Below, one piece after another: positions 1 to 31,126 of a stretch of DNA of 64,000 nucleotides. How positions within the stretch are numbered: the stretch's first letter is position 1; each line of letters opens with the position of its first letter. The translations under genes were made by a program, and so were the position numbers. This DNA is from Amoebidium appalachense (lineage: Eukaryota > Protista > Ichthyosporea), in the NCBI GenBank assembly GCA_963693365.1, contig CAVNZM010000008.1, positions 4,612,310 through 4,676,309 on the forward strand, in the 5' to 3' direction. The notes under the pieces were generated by a model, which saw only the letters and a program-made list of their open reading frames with translations, had not been told where the DNA came from and did no database searches.

Positions 1-28
1 ACGAGCCGAATCACAATTCACGGCGAAT

Positions 29-59
<31 letters not shown>

Positions 60-105
60 TTCCACACACACACACACATACACACAACCACAAACGGGCA
101 CGCAC

Positions 106-17570
<17,465 letters not shown>

Positions 17571-18498
17571 CTTCCTGGCTCTAGGGCCTGAACCCAAGTC
17601 ACACTGGTCTCGTCCGAGGTTTCCTTACTGTTGCACAGGCACTTGCATGGTCTGCTGGGTTCGAGTTACTGTATTCTTTCTGGTCTTATTCGATTGTGAT
17701 CGGGTTCTAGTGAAGAGGATGTAATGAGTGAAATCCCGCGTGTGTCTTTTCCACCAAAGGTTCCTCGGCAGTTTACGGGGAAGAGAGAGTTGAACACTTT
17801 GTAGAAACGGAGAATGAAGCTACCAACCCTACCACCCCGGCAACTTGAAGTGTTGAACACCACGGCGAACTGACTCGAGTTTGCCGTGCGCAGATTCAAA
17901 ACCCCCAAAAATGTGTAGCTGTTGGTTGCCGTGCATTTTGATTGGTCGTCTGACGCGCCGATTCTTTTAGGCAACCAATCAAATGCGAGCAACAATGATA
18001 TCACTGTGGCTGGGCAGGAAGCGTCCGGAAGGAACGAAAAACACAACACACTCAGGACACTTGAACACACACGCAACTCCACCAAACACTTGAGATTATC
18101 AACGGTTAAGCGAGAGAAAGGAAAAGGGGAACATTGTAAAACGGTGAATTTTCTGGTTGAGGCGGTGAGCAGGAATTTTTGTGTAGTTTAAAACGGGAGA
18201 GCCGACGCTGGGCGAGGGTGCATGTTTTGAGCTTCACCTACCTGTCTACTAACCTGACAGGAACAAGGGAATCTCCTTAAGCTTGATAGGGAAGGGGAAC
18301 GTGCCTAGATATCTTCGGGTATATGTAAGGGCCTGTGGTTGCGTGAAGATTATTCAAACCCTGGTTACATATTTTTTTACAGAGGAGTCTCCTTCCAAGT
18401 GCCAGATGTAGCAGCTTGGAACTCAGAGTTTGACATCATTTAACTCTTTGGCTTCTGCAAACATCCGCACAGACAGATTTCTTCGATTAAGTCACACC
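17571..18498. promoter_or_regulatory. Bidirectional promoter region shared by CLEC16A and GGA
   Basis: 928 bp between divergent start codons, free of microsatellites, with opposed CCAAT boxes (ATTGG 17941-17945, CCAAT 17975-17979). Confidence 0.6.
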
Positions 18499-19147
18499 AT
18501 GGCTGATTATGAGCTGCGCACAGCGATTGGTACGTTCGTGAATTTCACTCCATCTTTTCTTCCTCGTTCCTTTGTGGTGTTTTCCTTCGTGTCATAGAAA
18601 GATCTACCTGCAGGTACATGGGTAGAATCGAATGAATTAGGGGGCGTGGTGTGTGTGTGCGTGTGCGTGTGTGTGTGTTGTGTGTGTGTGTGTGGCCGGG
18701 GGGGGGGGGGGGGAGGGGGGGGGGAGTGGGGAGGGGGAGAGGGGGGGGGGGGGGGGGGGAAGGGGGTGAAGAGGGCAAAAGGAAGCAGGAAAGGAGAATT
18801 CAGGTGTTATGGCGAGAACCTTTGAGAAGGTTTCACGAGAGAGGAAGGTTTGGATGGGACATGAGTGGGAGGGCAGAAGAATGGTTGTGTTTGTCGGTGT
18901 CTAAACTTAATTCTGACCACTTATTGCGCGCCGGCTAGTAACATGCTGACACTGTTGTGCATCCGCTCGTTTGCCCCCCTCCCCCCCTCCCCCCCCCCCC
19001 CCCCCAACCCAAACCCCCACCGCCACTAACCCCCCTCCCTCCCCCCTCCTGTTTGTGTTCCAAGTTGTCTGTTGTAATGTGTACTTTTTACAACATATGG
19101 GCTAGCACCCCCCCTCCCCCCGCCGTCCCCTCTCCGCTCCTTACACC

Positions 19148-19195
<48 letters not shown>

Positions 19196-19758
19196 ACGAA
19201 CACTCCTCTGCACAAGCCGCACAAGCTGTCCTATTCTCTCTCCGGCCATTGCCGTTTCTCGCTCTAACCTGAAAGCCAATTAAACCTATTCCGCCCAAAG
19301 CTCCTTGTTTGACTACACACACAATTTCGATTTTATGTTAGCTCTCACCCTTTCACCTCCTTTTGAAACCCCTCGTCACTTATCCCCCTCCCCCCTCCCC
19401 CACCCCACCCCCCTCCCCCTCTCTCCCCCCTTCTTGATCTTCAACAGATCCCCACCTAACCCTCAACATTGTATTTTTCGTATACTAACTCTTGTGTGGG
19501 GATTTAGATCGGGCTACGAGTGCAAGGGATGACAGAGCAGCAGAGCCGAGGATCCTTGCAGTTTGTGATGCAATTAATGCAAGATATGACGGGTGGGTGG
19601 CACGTGGATGCCGTGTACATGCAGCAGGCACACACATACACATAGCTCACAAGCACACATGGGGAAGGGGGGGGGGGGGGGGGGGAGGGGTTGGGGGGAG
19701 GGGGGGGGGGGAGGGGGGACACAAACGCAAAACATTCCCACATGAGCACAGAGGGGAA

Positions 19759-19789
<31 letters not shown>

Positions 19790-20108
19790 CGGGCACAAAG
19801 ACACTCGCACGCATGTATGTGCCCCTTAGCAAACACGTGAACAGAGTGTCGCACCAGCATGCACACACACGGAAATATACAAACACACTAGCAGACTCGT
19901 GCACACATGCACACGCCATTGCACAAAACGTTATCTGTAGGATGATAGATCACACTTGGTAGCCAGCAGTAAAACTAGGAGATATATGGAAAAAAAATGG
20001 GGGTAGGGTATGCATGTGTGTGTATGGACATGTTTAGGCGGGCATCGGGGGGGGGGGGGGGGGGAGCAGGGAAAGGATGGCCGGCCGGGAGGGGGGGGGG
20101 GGGAGGAA

Positions 20109-20140
<32 letters not shown>

Positions 20141-20365
20141 CGGCTTAGAAAAACTAGGCTGTAGAATTGGGAAAGGTGTGCAGGGACATGGTTAGGAATT
20201 GGAATTGAACTGAAGAAAAAACATGATGGAGAGGAAAGGAGGGAGGAGGGGGGAAGAGGGGAAGAGGGGGCGTTTAGGAGTAGTGCGCTCTGGGTGCACA
20301 CTTCTGAGCATCAAGATGAGGATGTGTGTCCCTGAGGGCATTTCGGTGTGGGGTGGTTGAGTTTT

Positions 20366-20441
<76 letters not shown>

Positions 20442-21476
20442 GGAATGGAAATGGGAGAAGGGGTATAAAGGCGAATATTCTTGGTTGTTATGCAGCTGCA
20501 TAGGTCGTATAAATCGGATGAAGAAAGGGAATTGAAATGGCACGGGAAACAGCAATGGAGCGGTATTGCAAAGTATCATACATTGGGATAGGTTTCAAAA
20601 CAAACAGTGGATAAGTTACTGTTTCCTGACGTGATATATCATGCACAGGCCCAAGATTGCGGCACCAATGATCATCGAGAAAGTGCAGCACCACGACCCC
20701 AACGTCCAATACAATGCACTGGTGGTATGTGGGTGTTGTGTGTTTGAATGGTTTAAACAGTGGGTGGGTGCGCGTGTGTGTATGGGTGTGGGTGTGAGTC
20801 TGGGTTGAGGTGGGGCGGTGGGGAGAGGGTGTACATACGTGTGGGTGGATGTGGGTGGGATTACTGGGTGAGGGGTGGATGAGTGTGTATTTGTGAGTGG
20901 GTGTGTTTGAAGTTTCTTGTAGATGGGCCTGCAGGTTGGTGGGTGTGAGCATCTGAATGTTCAGATGCAAGGGAGGGAGAGAGATTGTGTGTTTGGCGTG
21001 TTGGTTATTGTGCCCCGTGTGGGTCATCCCACGTGTAAGATGTTAAGCGGTGTTTCTTTCATTTTTTTTTGCCTCTGGCCAAGGAAGTTACAGGGGGACA
21101 TCGTTATGCCGTCAAACTCCAAGGCGTGTTCTGCCTTTCCCATACCCAAATGACCTGTTTTCCACCTGAACAAGTTGAGTTTTTATGTTTTTGGAAATCT
21201 TTTCGATGATATTCATTGGGCCAGCTTGCCAATGCATACATCATCAACTGCTCGATGGCTTCCATGTCTGTCACCTATAGGCTTCACGTGCATCATATTT
21301 GGTTTTACAATCTTAATGATGCACCGCTATTGGCTGGCACAGCTTATAGATGCGTGTGTCAGCAACTGCGGCAAGAGCTTCCATGCATTTGTGGGCAAGT
21401 ACAAAGTGCTGAACGAGCTGATTCGTCTGATATCACGCAGGGTGAGTTGGTTGCATGCTTTTCCTTCCTTCCTCCC

Positions 21477-21507
<31 letters not shown>

Positions 21508-21562
21508 AAAAAAAGAAAACACATTTTTCTCTTATCCCCCTTTTTTTTCTTTTCTTTTTTTT

Positions 21563-21593
<31 letters not shown>

Positions 21594-21600
21594 GGGGAGG

Positions 21601-21631
<31 letters not shown>

Positions 21632-21901
21632 GGGAGGGGGGGGGGAAGGAGGGGGAGGGGGAGGAGGGCGGGTTGACCAGGGAGAGGAGGATGTACGTGT
21701 GGATTGTTTGTTTCCTTTTTTTTTTCTTTTTTTTTTTTTTTTTGGTGGGAAGGGGGGGGGGGGGGTTGCGGGGTTGGGGATGGGGGGGGGGGGGGGGGGG
21801 GGGGGGGATTAGTCTAATATCATGCAGGATGGGTTGGTTACATGTTTTTTCTTCTTTCCTTCTAATTTTCTTTCCGTCTTTTTTTTTTTTTTTTTCCGGG
21901 T

Positions 21902-21938
<37 letters not shown>

Positions 21939-21984
21939 GAGAGAGGGTGGTGGTGGTGTTTTTTTTTTTTTTTTTTTTTTGTTT

Positions 21985-22015
<31 letters not shown>

Positions 22016-22616
22016 GGGGGGGAGGGCTGCTGCAAAGGTGAAACTTGCTCCTACCCATGCGCCTATCCCACCTGTGCCCCAATCTGACTCCCCTCCCACC
22101 CCCTTTCTTGCAGTACTACCCTGACGCACCAGACCACCTGAGAAAGAAGGTTCTCGAACTGATCCAGAAGTGGCGGAATGAGCTAGACCAACCAAAGATC
22201 AAAGAGGCTTACGAGAAGCTAAAGCACGAAGGTGGGTGTACGCACCACTGTGTTTGCATCTGTGGTTAATGAAAACATGCTTTGCTGCTACTGCAAAAGA
22301 AAAAAGATAGAAGAAGTAGGAAAATGAACGAAAAGTTGAATGGAGGGGGGGGGGGGGGGGGGGGGGGGGGTCGATTTCGGTCAGGGTGGCTGCGGATTAT
22401 GGGACTGCAAACAGCAAAAAGAAAAGCGAAAAGGAATGGGGGGGAGAGGGGGGGGGGGGGGGGGGGGAAGAAACAAACAAACAAAAGAGAGAAGAAAAGA
22501 TAAAGGAGAAAGGAAGAAAAGGCTTATCCCGAATTGGCCTACCGAGGATTTGAAATACATTCCAGATAAACTATTTTTGGAGCAGTGCGGCAGGTATATG
22601 GAAGATTATGACCTTT

Positions 22617-22647
<31 letters not shown>

Positions 22648-23175
22648 GGAAGAAGGGGGATGGGGGGTGGGAGCGGGAGAGGAGGGGGGGAGGAAGAATA
22701 ATAAGAATAGGTAAATGGACAACACCGAAGATGTCACCTTCGGACCCCTCAAGCCCGCCTCCATTTTGGTAGTGTTCATGTTTCTCATTGCACATCTTCA
22801 TTGTTCCCCCTGTCACTGACACGTACACCCTCAGGGCACAAGTTTCCAAAAGCTGATCCGGAGGATGTATTACCTGGCGGCACTGATTCAGTACGTCCCC
22901 CCCCCCCCCCCCCCCCCCCCCCAACTCCCCCCCCTTTCTTACGAACCGTTTTCTCACTTACCGCAATGCACCAAACCATTGAATCTTCCAACTGAAAAAA
23001 GGCAACAAAACGTGTTGGACTCCGAGTGTTTTGTGGTTACATTCACTTTGGCACTTAGCAATAAGACTGCGCGACCTGGGTGATCTTCAAAGGATATGAT
23101 GAAAGAGTAGAATTGCGTACAGTGCTAAGATTGTTACATAAAACTGCACGTAGAACCCCTAGGGAAGGGCGAGAA

Positions 23176-23207
<32 letters not shown>

Positions 23208-23808
23208 CGGAGAGGGAGGGGGTGTGTGTTCGATTCGAGCCAAGTTGAGATGAGTAAGAGTTTACGAGCTTGCCCCCCCCCCCCCCCCCCCCCCCCTCCC
23301 CCCCCCCTCCCCCCACCACCACCACCACCACCACCACCCCTCGCCCCCTCCCCCTTCCCCCCACCACACACACTGCAGTTTTTGAAAAAGAGAGTGTCGT
23401 CACTACGGAAATCATCCCTCGATAAAGAAGACAAGGAGGCAGTAGGTGACCCTCCACGCCCCCTCACCCCCCCCCCCCTCCCCCCACCCCAACCCGCCAC
23501 CTGTCTCTCTCAGCATCCCTCCCTCCCTCATTCCCCGTCCCCCGCCTTCCCACCCACTCACCCTCCATGTCTCCCCTCCCCCTTCCTTCCCTCCCACCTT
23601 TCCCCTCTCCCCTCCCCCAAACACCCCCTCCATTCTCTGTCTCTGTGGCTACCCCCCCCCTCCCCCCTTCCCTCCTCCCACATCCAATAGAAAATGCTTC
23701 TCCTTGCCCACCTCTAAATGTGTTCCTCCGTTCTTGACTGCTTGACGATCACGCACACACGCAGGCACACACGCACACATGTTTGCACACGCACACGCAC
23801 AAACACGC

Positions 23809-23848
<40 letters not shown>

Positions 23849-25466
23849 ACACATTCACCCGGTAACCCCTCTCCCTTCAGACGCTCAAACGGCTACTGCA
23901 AAGCAAAGATCCTGCCGATCTTGAGGCAGCCAACAAACTGATCAAGTCCATGTTACACGCTGTAAATTACCACCCCCCCCCCCCCCCCCCCCCCCTCCCC
24001 CTCTCCCCCCCTTCCCCAGGCATAAAAACACACACACAGACGTAACGAACGACATTCACCCCCACTCCCACATTGACCAACCGTTGCCTCACCTGTGGCA
24101 CAAGCTGCTGCCAAAACTCCAGCTGTGAATTAGTTGTTGGAGGTTTTGTAACCGCATTCTGTGTTGTTTTCTTTTTCCAGTTTCATTTTCCTTTTTTAAG
24201 AGAGGCTGGTGGGAATAAAGAGAATTTTTTGGTTCAAGGGTTTTTTGTTCAAGGATCTCTGTATTGACTCCATCCATCGATCCCTTCCTCTTCTTCAACA
24301 CATCTTATCTCCTTCTTTCCCTCCCCCTTCTCCCCCCCCCCCCCCCCCCCCCCCCCCCCCTTCTCACTTCCTCCTTCCTTCCTTCCATCCCTGCTTCCCT
24401 CCCTCCCTCCCCCTGTCTCTCTCTCCCTCCCCCTACCCCCCCTCGCTCCCTGTTTCTCTTTTCCCCCTCCCCTCCCACCTGCGCCCGACCCCTATGTCCC
24501 CGTGCTTTTCAATAATCACAATGGGGTGTCCGAAGAGGGTGCACTTCATACTCTGTAACACACTACCCCCCCCCCCCTCCCCCCCCTCCCCCCCTTTCTC
24601 TCCCTCTTCCCCTCCCTCCCCTCCCCCCCCTTTCTCTCCCTCTTCCCCTCCTCCCCCCCCCCCCCCCCCCCCCCCCCCACCCACCCAACCACCCTTCCCC
24701 ACCCCACCCCTTTTCATTCCCAGGAGGAAGTGATCGAGGATGAAAAGTACCGTTTGCACTCCGACCTCAAGACAGCAAGGCACGAGGTATCACATTTTGC
24801 AGAAACGGTCGACGGTTGGAGGCCAACCGATGGGCCTATAGACTCTATTCCCGAAATCAAGGTGTGTGCATGAGTATATATTCTCTCTCTCTCTCTCTCT
24901 GTCTGTCTTGCCCTCCCCCCCCCCCCCCCCCCCTCTCTCTCTCTGCCTCCCCCCTCTCCTCCCCCTTCGCTTCGGAAACTCCTGAGTTATTCACCACCTT
25001 GGGGAATCTTCATATCGACACAGAGAACATTCTCGAGGCAGTCCTCCCCCCCCCCCCCCCCCTCGTCTCTCCACATTTGCCTACCGCCGTTAACATCCTC
25101 GTTTGACCCCCTCGAGATATCCCTCGCATACCGAACACCTCGGTAGCACCTTAATTTACCGCACGGGATATCTTCGAGGTATCTCGCCACTGGCAGCTGT
25201 ATCCCCCCCCCCCCCCCCCCCCCCCCCCTCCCCCCGGATGCTCCCTCAATTTCCCACACATTGATTTAACGGCAGAGGACATACTCGAGGTATCCGACCG
25301 TTTGCAGCTGTATCTTGAGCGCTACATGCAGCTAGCCAGCCAGCCCCCAGACGATCTTGACTTTCCGTCGAGGAAGCAGAGCACTGCTGGGCAACCACAG
25401 GAGCAGGCACAGGTGTGTGTGTGCATGCATGAGTGAGTGCTTGGGGGAGGGGGTGGTGGGGGTGGG

Positions 25467-25524
<58 letters not shown>

Positions 25525-25747
25525 AGCTGGACAAAGAATGCCGGAGGTGGTTTAGATGTGATGTCAGCGTGCCGACTACTTCAACAACAATAAGACCACG
25601 GTAACATAAAAAGAACTAGCCGAAGTGCAAAAACGACTGCTACCACAAGGACCCTCTTCGTTCTTTAACTCTTTTTTTCTTTCCACATTCTCTTGTCCAT
25701 TTCCCATATTCGTCCTCTCATTTTTTTTCACTCTACCCCCCTCCCCC

Positions 25748-25778
<31 letters not shown>

Positions 25779-25836
25779 AAAAAAAAGAAGGAAAAAATAC
25801 ACGAATAAAAGAAACAAAATGGGAAATGAAATAAAG

Positions 25837-25894
<58 letters not shown>

Positions 25895-26118
25895 TCACAC
25901 AGGGGCTTTTATTGGACGTTGGGTCATCCACAAATGGCAGCTCGCAGCAGCCAACGTCGATGGCAGACGACCTGTTGTCCTTAGGTGTGCCCTCTCTCTC
26001 TCTCTCTCTCTCTCCCCCCCCCCCCTCCCCCCTCCCGTCTACTCCACCTCCCTCCCCCACCCAACACACATACATACACACATGCACACACACACACACG
26101 CACCCACGCACCTGCGCA

Positions 26119-26211
<93 letters not shown>

Positions 26212-26561
26212 CCATACACACACACGTACAAGCACATACGTACATGCCCACACACAAACGTGTACATGCACACACGCACACAACACACAAACACTCTCTC
26301 TTTCTCTTTCTCTAACAATTTTGATTATTCCATCGACTGGCTTTGGTTTTTCCTATTTTTAGTTTGAATCATGTTTTTCGATTCTATTTACCACACCGCC
26401 GTGCTTTATGGTTGTTAAAACCTGGTTCGAGATTTACTAATATGCTCTTTGCTCCACTCTTTTTTCTCCAGGATTGGGGTCAGCACAAAAACCATCGGCG
26501 CCAAAACAGGAAAAACCAATGTCAGACCTTGAAGCTCTTGCCTTCCTGAATCTTGGTAGCG

Positions 26562-26634
<73 letters not shown>

Positions 26635-26808
26635 CTTAAAAAAAAACCTCAAAAAAAAAAAACAAGCACACACATGCACACCGCCATGTGCGAGAAGTTA
26701 GAAAATGATTTGCATGCACCGATGCATTTGGGTGTGTTTGTGTGTTCCCCCCCCCCTCCTCTGTTGCACATGTTTGCTTGCATAACTGCCATGCTCAACA
26801 TCCCCCCC

Positions 26809-26853
<45 letters not shown>

Positions 26854-27982
26854 ATACACTGTACTCATTACATGCACGCCGTGAGCACACACACACGGCC
26901 CTACCCACACACTCACATGCACACACACGGCCTACCCACACACACATGCACAAACACGCGGCCCTACCCACACGCACAAATGCACACACACACGGCCCTA
27001 CCCACACACACACACAGACACAGACATTCAGTCACACCTTCCCTATCTTCTTGCCAGCAACTCTCATTTTTGCTCTTCCCTAACCCCCCTCCCCCTCCCC
27101 CCATCCTTTCCCCCCGCGCAGGTGGTACACCGACACCAGCACCCGCCATCACCACACCACCGGCATTCGGTGCAACCACCACCGGGTTCTCTCTCCTCGA
27201 CTCGAGCTCACTCCCGCGCACAACCCCTACCCTCGCTCCCCCTGTGTCTTTGGACGATATTCTCGGCCCTTTGGCCATCGGGCCGAACGAGATGGATCTG
27301 AGTAAGACCCCCCCCCCCCCCCCCCCCCCCCTCCCCCCCCTCCCCCCCTCCCTCCCTCCCTCCCTCCCTCCCCCCTTAAATACACACACATACACACACT
27401 CTCTCCACGCGCACGCGGACACACGTGTTGAGACGGACACGTGGACCCAAGGGCATGCGCAGTCACGTCTACGGCACGTTCACTTTAAACGCACTCACAC
27501 ATTCACTTTAAACGCACGCACACATTTACTTGAAATGCACACACACATTCGCTTTAACGTCCGTTAAACGCACACACACACTCATGCATACACAAATACA
27601 GGCACACACATGCACGCGCGCATGGTTACAAACCCATGCGCGCACATTCGCGCAAATACATACACATCCACAAGTGCACAAGTCAAGCACATATTTGTGA
27701 GCACCCAGATTGTAGTGTTATTGTATAGATATCATTGACGAATGTTATTTTTTGACACATCACCGGGATGGTGTATTTATGAATCGCCTTTCTGTCAGTA
27801 CCACACATCAAAGTTACAAAGGTTTGTGAAACATTCTTCTCGATCCACCTAACACGAAAGTGTCCATCAATGGCTCACGAGTACTGAACTGAGCCAAGTG
27901 CTAGGTGAAGAATAGTAAGACGGATATGAAAATTTAGTCTGATAAGTAAGGAGATACGTTGCCAAAACGAACACGGCCAAGT

Positions 27983-28016
<34 letters not shown>

Positions 28017-28024
28017 CACACGCG

Positions 28025-28098
<74 letters not shown>

Positions 28099-29347
28099 CA
28101 CCACCTCTTCACCCATCACGGTATACCAGGGCAACGGTGTGCAAGTGATTATTCAGACCCTGCAGACATCCCCCCACCCAGACGTACAGGCGACCCTTCT
28201 GTGTTTTCTCAACCAAAACACATACCCGTGTACTGAGTTTGAGTTTTTGGCCGCTGTGCCGAAGGTGGGTGTAATGCTGAGTACTGCAATAAATTTTCTT
28301 TTTGTTTTCTTCTTTCCTAAGTGAGTATAATGGGGGGATTCATAGACTTGCGGATGCACACACCCCTCCACGGCGCACGTTTGATTACCATACTAACATA
28401 TTGCTATGTATCTAATTAATAAATAATCAGCAACCACTGCGACACGCCCATACAAAAAGAGAGATAGGAAGGGGGGGAAGGGGGGGGGGGGACACGCACA
28501 CATGAACACGCATACACCACACATTCGCATGCATATGCACATGCAAATACGCGCGTGCAAGTGAACGATTTCGGGTTGATTGGTTGCGGGAACCCTTAAA
28601 AAGCTTTGCTTTTGCCCTGTGAAATGAAACAAGAGAAACTTTTTTTTTGGGCATCCGGTCGTCCTCTCTGCATGCAAAGAGGAAAGTGAGGGTAGTCGGA
28701 TGAAAATGAAGCCGTGTCAAGGTTGTATTTGCCTGGGGTTTATAGCCCTATTGTTTATGGAATGTTGAGTTGTGTCATACTTTGTAGCACACGCTAAACT
28801 GTAGAAAGTAAGTATAATGTTTCAAGGTTGTCTAGTGTTGATATGGGTTGATAGATTAATTAAATATTCTAGGAGTTAGAAATTCTAGGAGGTGGTTTAG
28901 GTTGTCACACTTGTGATACACAGAGGCGGATGTAGGCTGTTAGGTTTGTCTAGGTTTGATTTACGAATTTGAGTGAGTCAATAGACCGAGAGAGATGAGA
29001 AAGAAACGAGCCTCTTAGGTTATGAAAGCCAATCTACTAGGGGCCAGATAGACCAGGAGGTAGATATACTCATCTACGGCACCCGCAGAGCATGAGAGTA
29101 AAACTGCAGCCCCCTTCATCCGACACCCTCCCTGCCTTCAGTATTGTCACCGGGCCAACCCCCGTCACCCAAGTGTGTCTCGTGGCAAATCCATCAAAGG
29201 TATCCATCCCCCCCCCCCCCCCCCTACTGGTTCCCTACCTCGCTCACTGACTCCCCCTCTCTCTCTGTCCAGAAGTCTCCCTCCCCGTCCCTCACCCCTC
29301 CCCTCTTCCCCCCCTTCACTGCCCCCACACACACACAAACACACATG

Positions 29348-29433
<86 letters not shown>

Positions 29434-29719
29434 CCTCCCCCCCCTCTCTCCCTTAATTCCTCCCTCCCCCCCCCCTCCCCCCCCCCCCCCCCCTCTCTCT
29501 CTCTCTCCCCCCCCCCTCTGTCTCTCTCTCCCTCTCTCCCTCCCTCCCTCCCTCCCTCCCTCCCTCTCTCTCTCTCCTTCTCTCTCTCTCTCTCATTCTC
29601 TCTCTCTATATATATATATATATCATAATATATATATATCTTGCCACCCCCCCTCTCCCCCCCCCCCCCCCCTCTATCTTTTTCTTTTCAGCCCCTTTGC
29701 CCTTCTCTCTCTCTCTCTC

Positions 29720-29753
<34 letters not shown>

Positions 29754-29813
29754 TTCCCCCTCCCCTTCCCTCCCTCCCCACATGCACATACACAAAACTC
29801 TTTTCTGTCCTCC

Positions 29814-29858
<45 letters not shown>

Positions 29859-30373
29859 CCCCTCTATCTTTTTCTTTTCAGCCCCTTTTCCCTTCTCTCT
29901 CCCCCCCCCCCCCCCCCCCTGCCCCCTCCCCTTCCCTCCCTCCCCACATGCACATACACAAAACTCTTTTCTGTCCTCCCTTTGCCCCTGTTACACTCAC
30001 AACTAGTAAGGTGTTGACATTGAGCATGGCCAAGGATATCACATTTATCGAAATACTGCGGATATCCGCTATTCACAGCCAATTTGGGTCAATTGATATT
30101 TGCAGTTTGCATGTTTCAGTTATCCAATGCTTTGTGTGCTTGTGACAGCCTGAGGTTGTAAGGTCACACAACCCAATGCCTGGAATTACTCAGTTTTGGG
30201 ATGTGCAGAAACCACATGCCATAAATGGTGTGTAGTCCATGTAGGGTAACCACGACTCATATGATGTGGTATCGATGCAGGCGCCAGTCAAGATGAAGTT
30301 TATTCTCAGCTACATGGTGAACGGGCAGCAGTTCAAGGAGCAGGGCACCATCCCTGAGTTCCCATCTCTATGA
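18499..30373 (+). CDS. GGA: GGA-family (Golgi-localised, gamma-ear-containing, ARF-binding) clathrin adaptor: VHS-GAT-hinge-GAE
   Basis: 16 exons: 18499-18529, 19508-19592 (DRATS..CDAIN), 20649-20724, 21343-21441 (CVSNCGKSFHAFVGKYKVLNELIRLIS), 22114-22231 (KKVLELIQKW..KIKEAYEKLKHEG), 22835-22890, 23379-23441, 23881-23961 (LKRLLQSKDPADLEAANKLIKSM, GAT), 24724-24861, 25276/25278-25412, 25903-25984 (LLLDV..DDLLSLG), 26472-26555, 27122-27301, 28098-28264 (FLAAVPK), 29089-29199 (SMRVKLQPPSSDTLPAF, GAE), 30281-30373 TGA. One junction (24861/25276) has a phase problem; see findings. Confidence 0.93.
27478..27580. repeat. ~23-bp minisatellite (CATTCACTTTAAACGCACGCACA-like), 4-5 degenerate copies
   Basis: cactttaaacgcac recurs at 27481 and 27504, with degenerate copies at ~27527 and ~27550-27570. 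Confidence 0.65.
29349..29428. repeat. (CT)n microsatellite
   Basis: Perfect run in the last GGA intron. Confidence 0.95.
29620..29985. repeat. ~190-bp tandem duplication in the last GGA intron
   Basis: cctctatctttttcttttcagcccc...catgcacatacacaaaactcttttctgtcctccctt occurs twice (starting 29671 and 29861). Confidence 0.85.
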
Positions 30374-30906
30374 ATGTGTGATTGACTCGTTGGAAAATTG
30401 TGTGGAATCGGGACTCGTCGAATATTCGTTGTGCTATGGTTACGTTGAATTCAATCTGTGATAGAATGTGTGATAGCGGTGTTGGAAATTTTTATGTTGT
30501 CGAGTCGAAATCGTAATCTGTGATTATGTCATGACTCCTGAATATCGATTTTTATTTTTCAGTTTGTGATGACAACGGTCAAAATTTATAGCTTGTGATG
30601 ATATAGGCAGGATTCTGTGTGTGATGGTCTCGTTGAAGTATAAAAGTGTGGCAGTTTTATTGAAGCTCGGTCCACTGAAATATCTTTAATTCAACAAACG
30701 GGGCTTTAAGACCAAGTAACTCAGTAGGTCAAAAAGTTAAAAAAGGCCTAGAAAATGATGCCTGAACGGAGTCAAATCCCAAAGTGACCAACTACGTGCC
30801 TCGCCTGCCCTTACAGAATAATATAAAAGAGATGATTTCGCCCCCCTTTTTTAATCATTTCTTCGCCTCTTCCTACCCCACTCCCCCCCTCCCCCCATCA
30901 CCACCA

Positions 30907-30944
<38 letters not shown>

Positions 30945-31068
30945 CACCACTACCACCACCCCCTACCCGTCCTCCACCACCCCTCATTTGGATCTGTCCC
31001 CCTCTTTGCTTCTTTGCTTCCTTACTTACCCCCCCCCCCCCCCCCCCCCAAACACACACACACGCGCG

Positions 31069-31126
<58 letters not shown>

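Noticed and set aside
24787-24802. 16-nt GT..AG mini-intron inside a GGA exon
   Set aside because: Removal gives an immediate stop; the unspliced frame reads as GAT helix.
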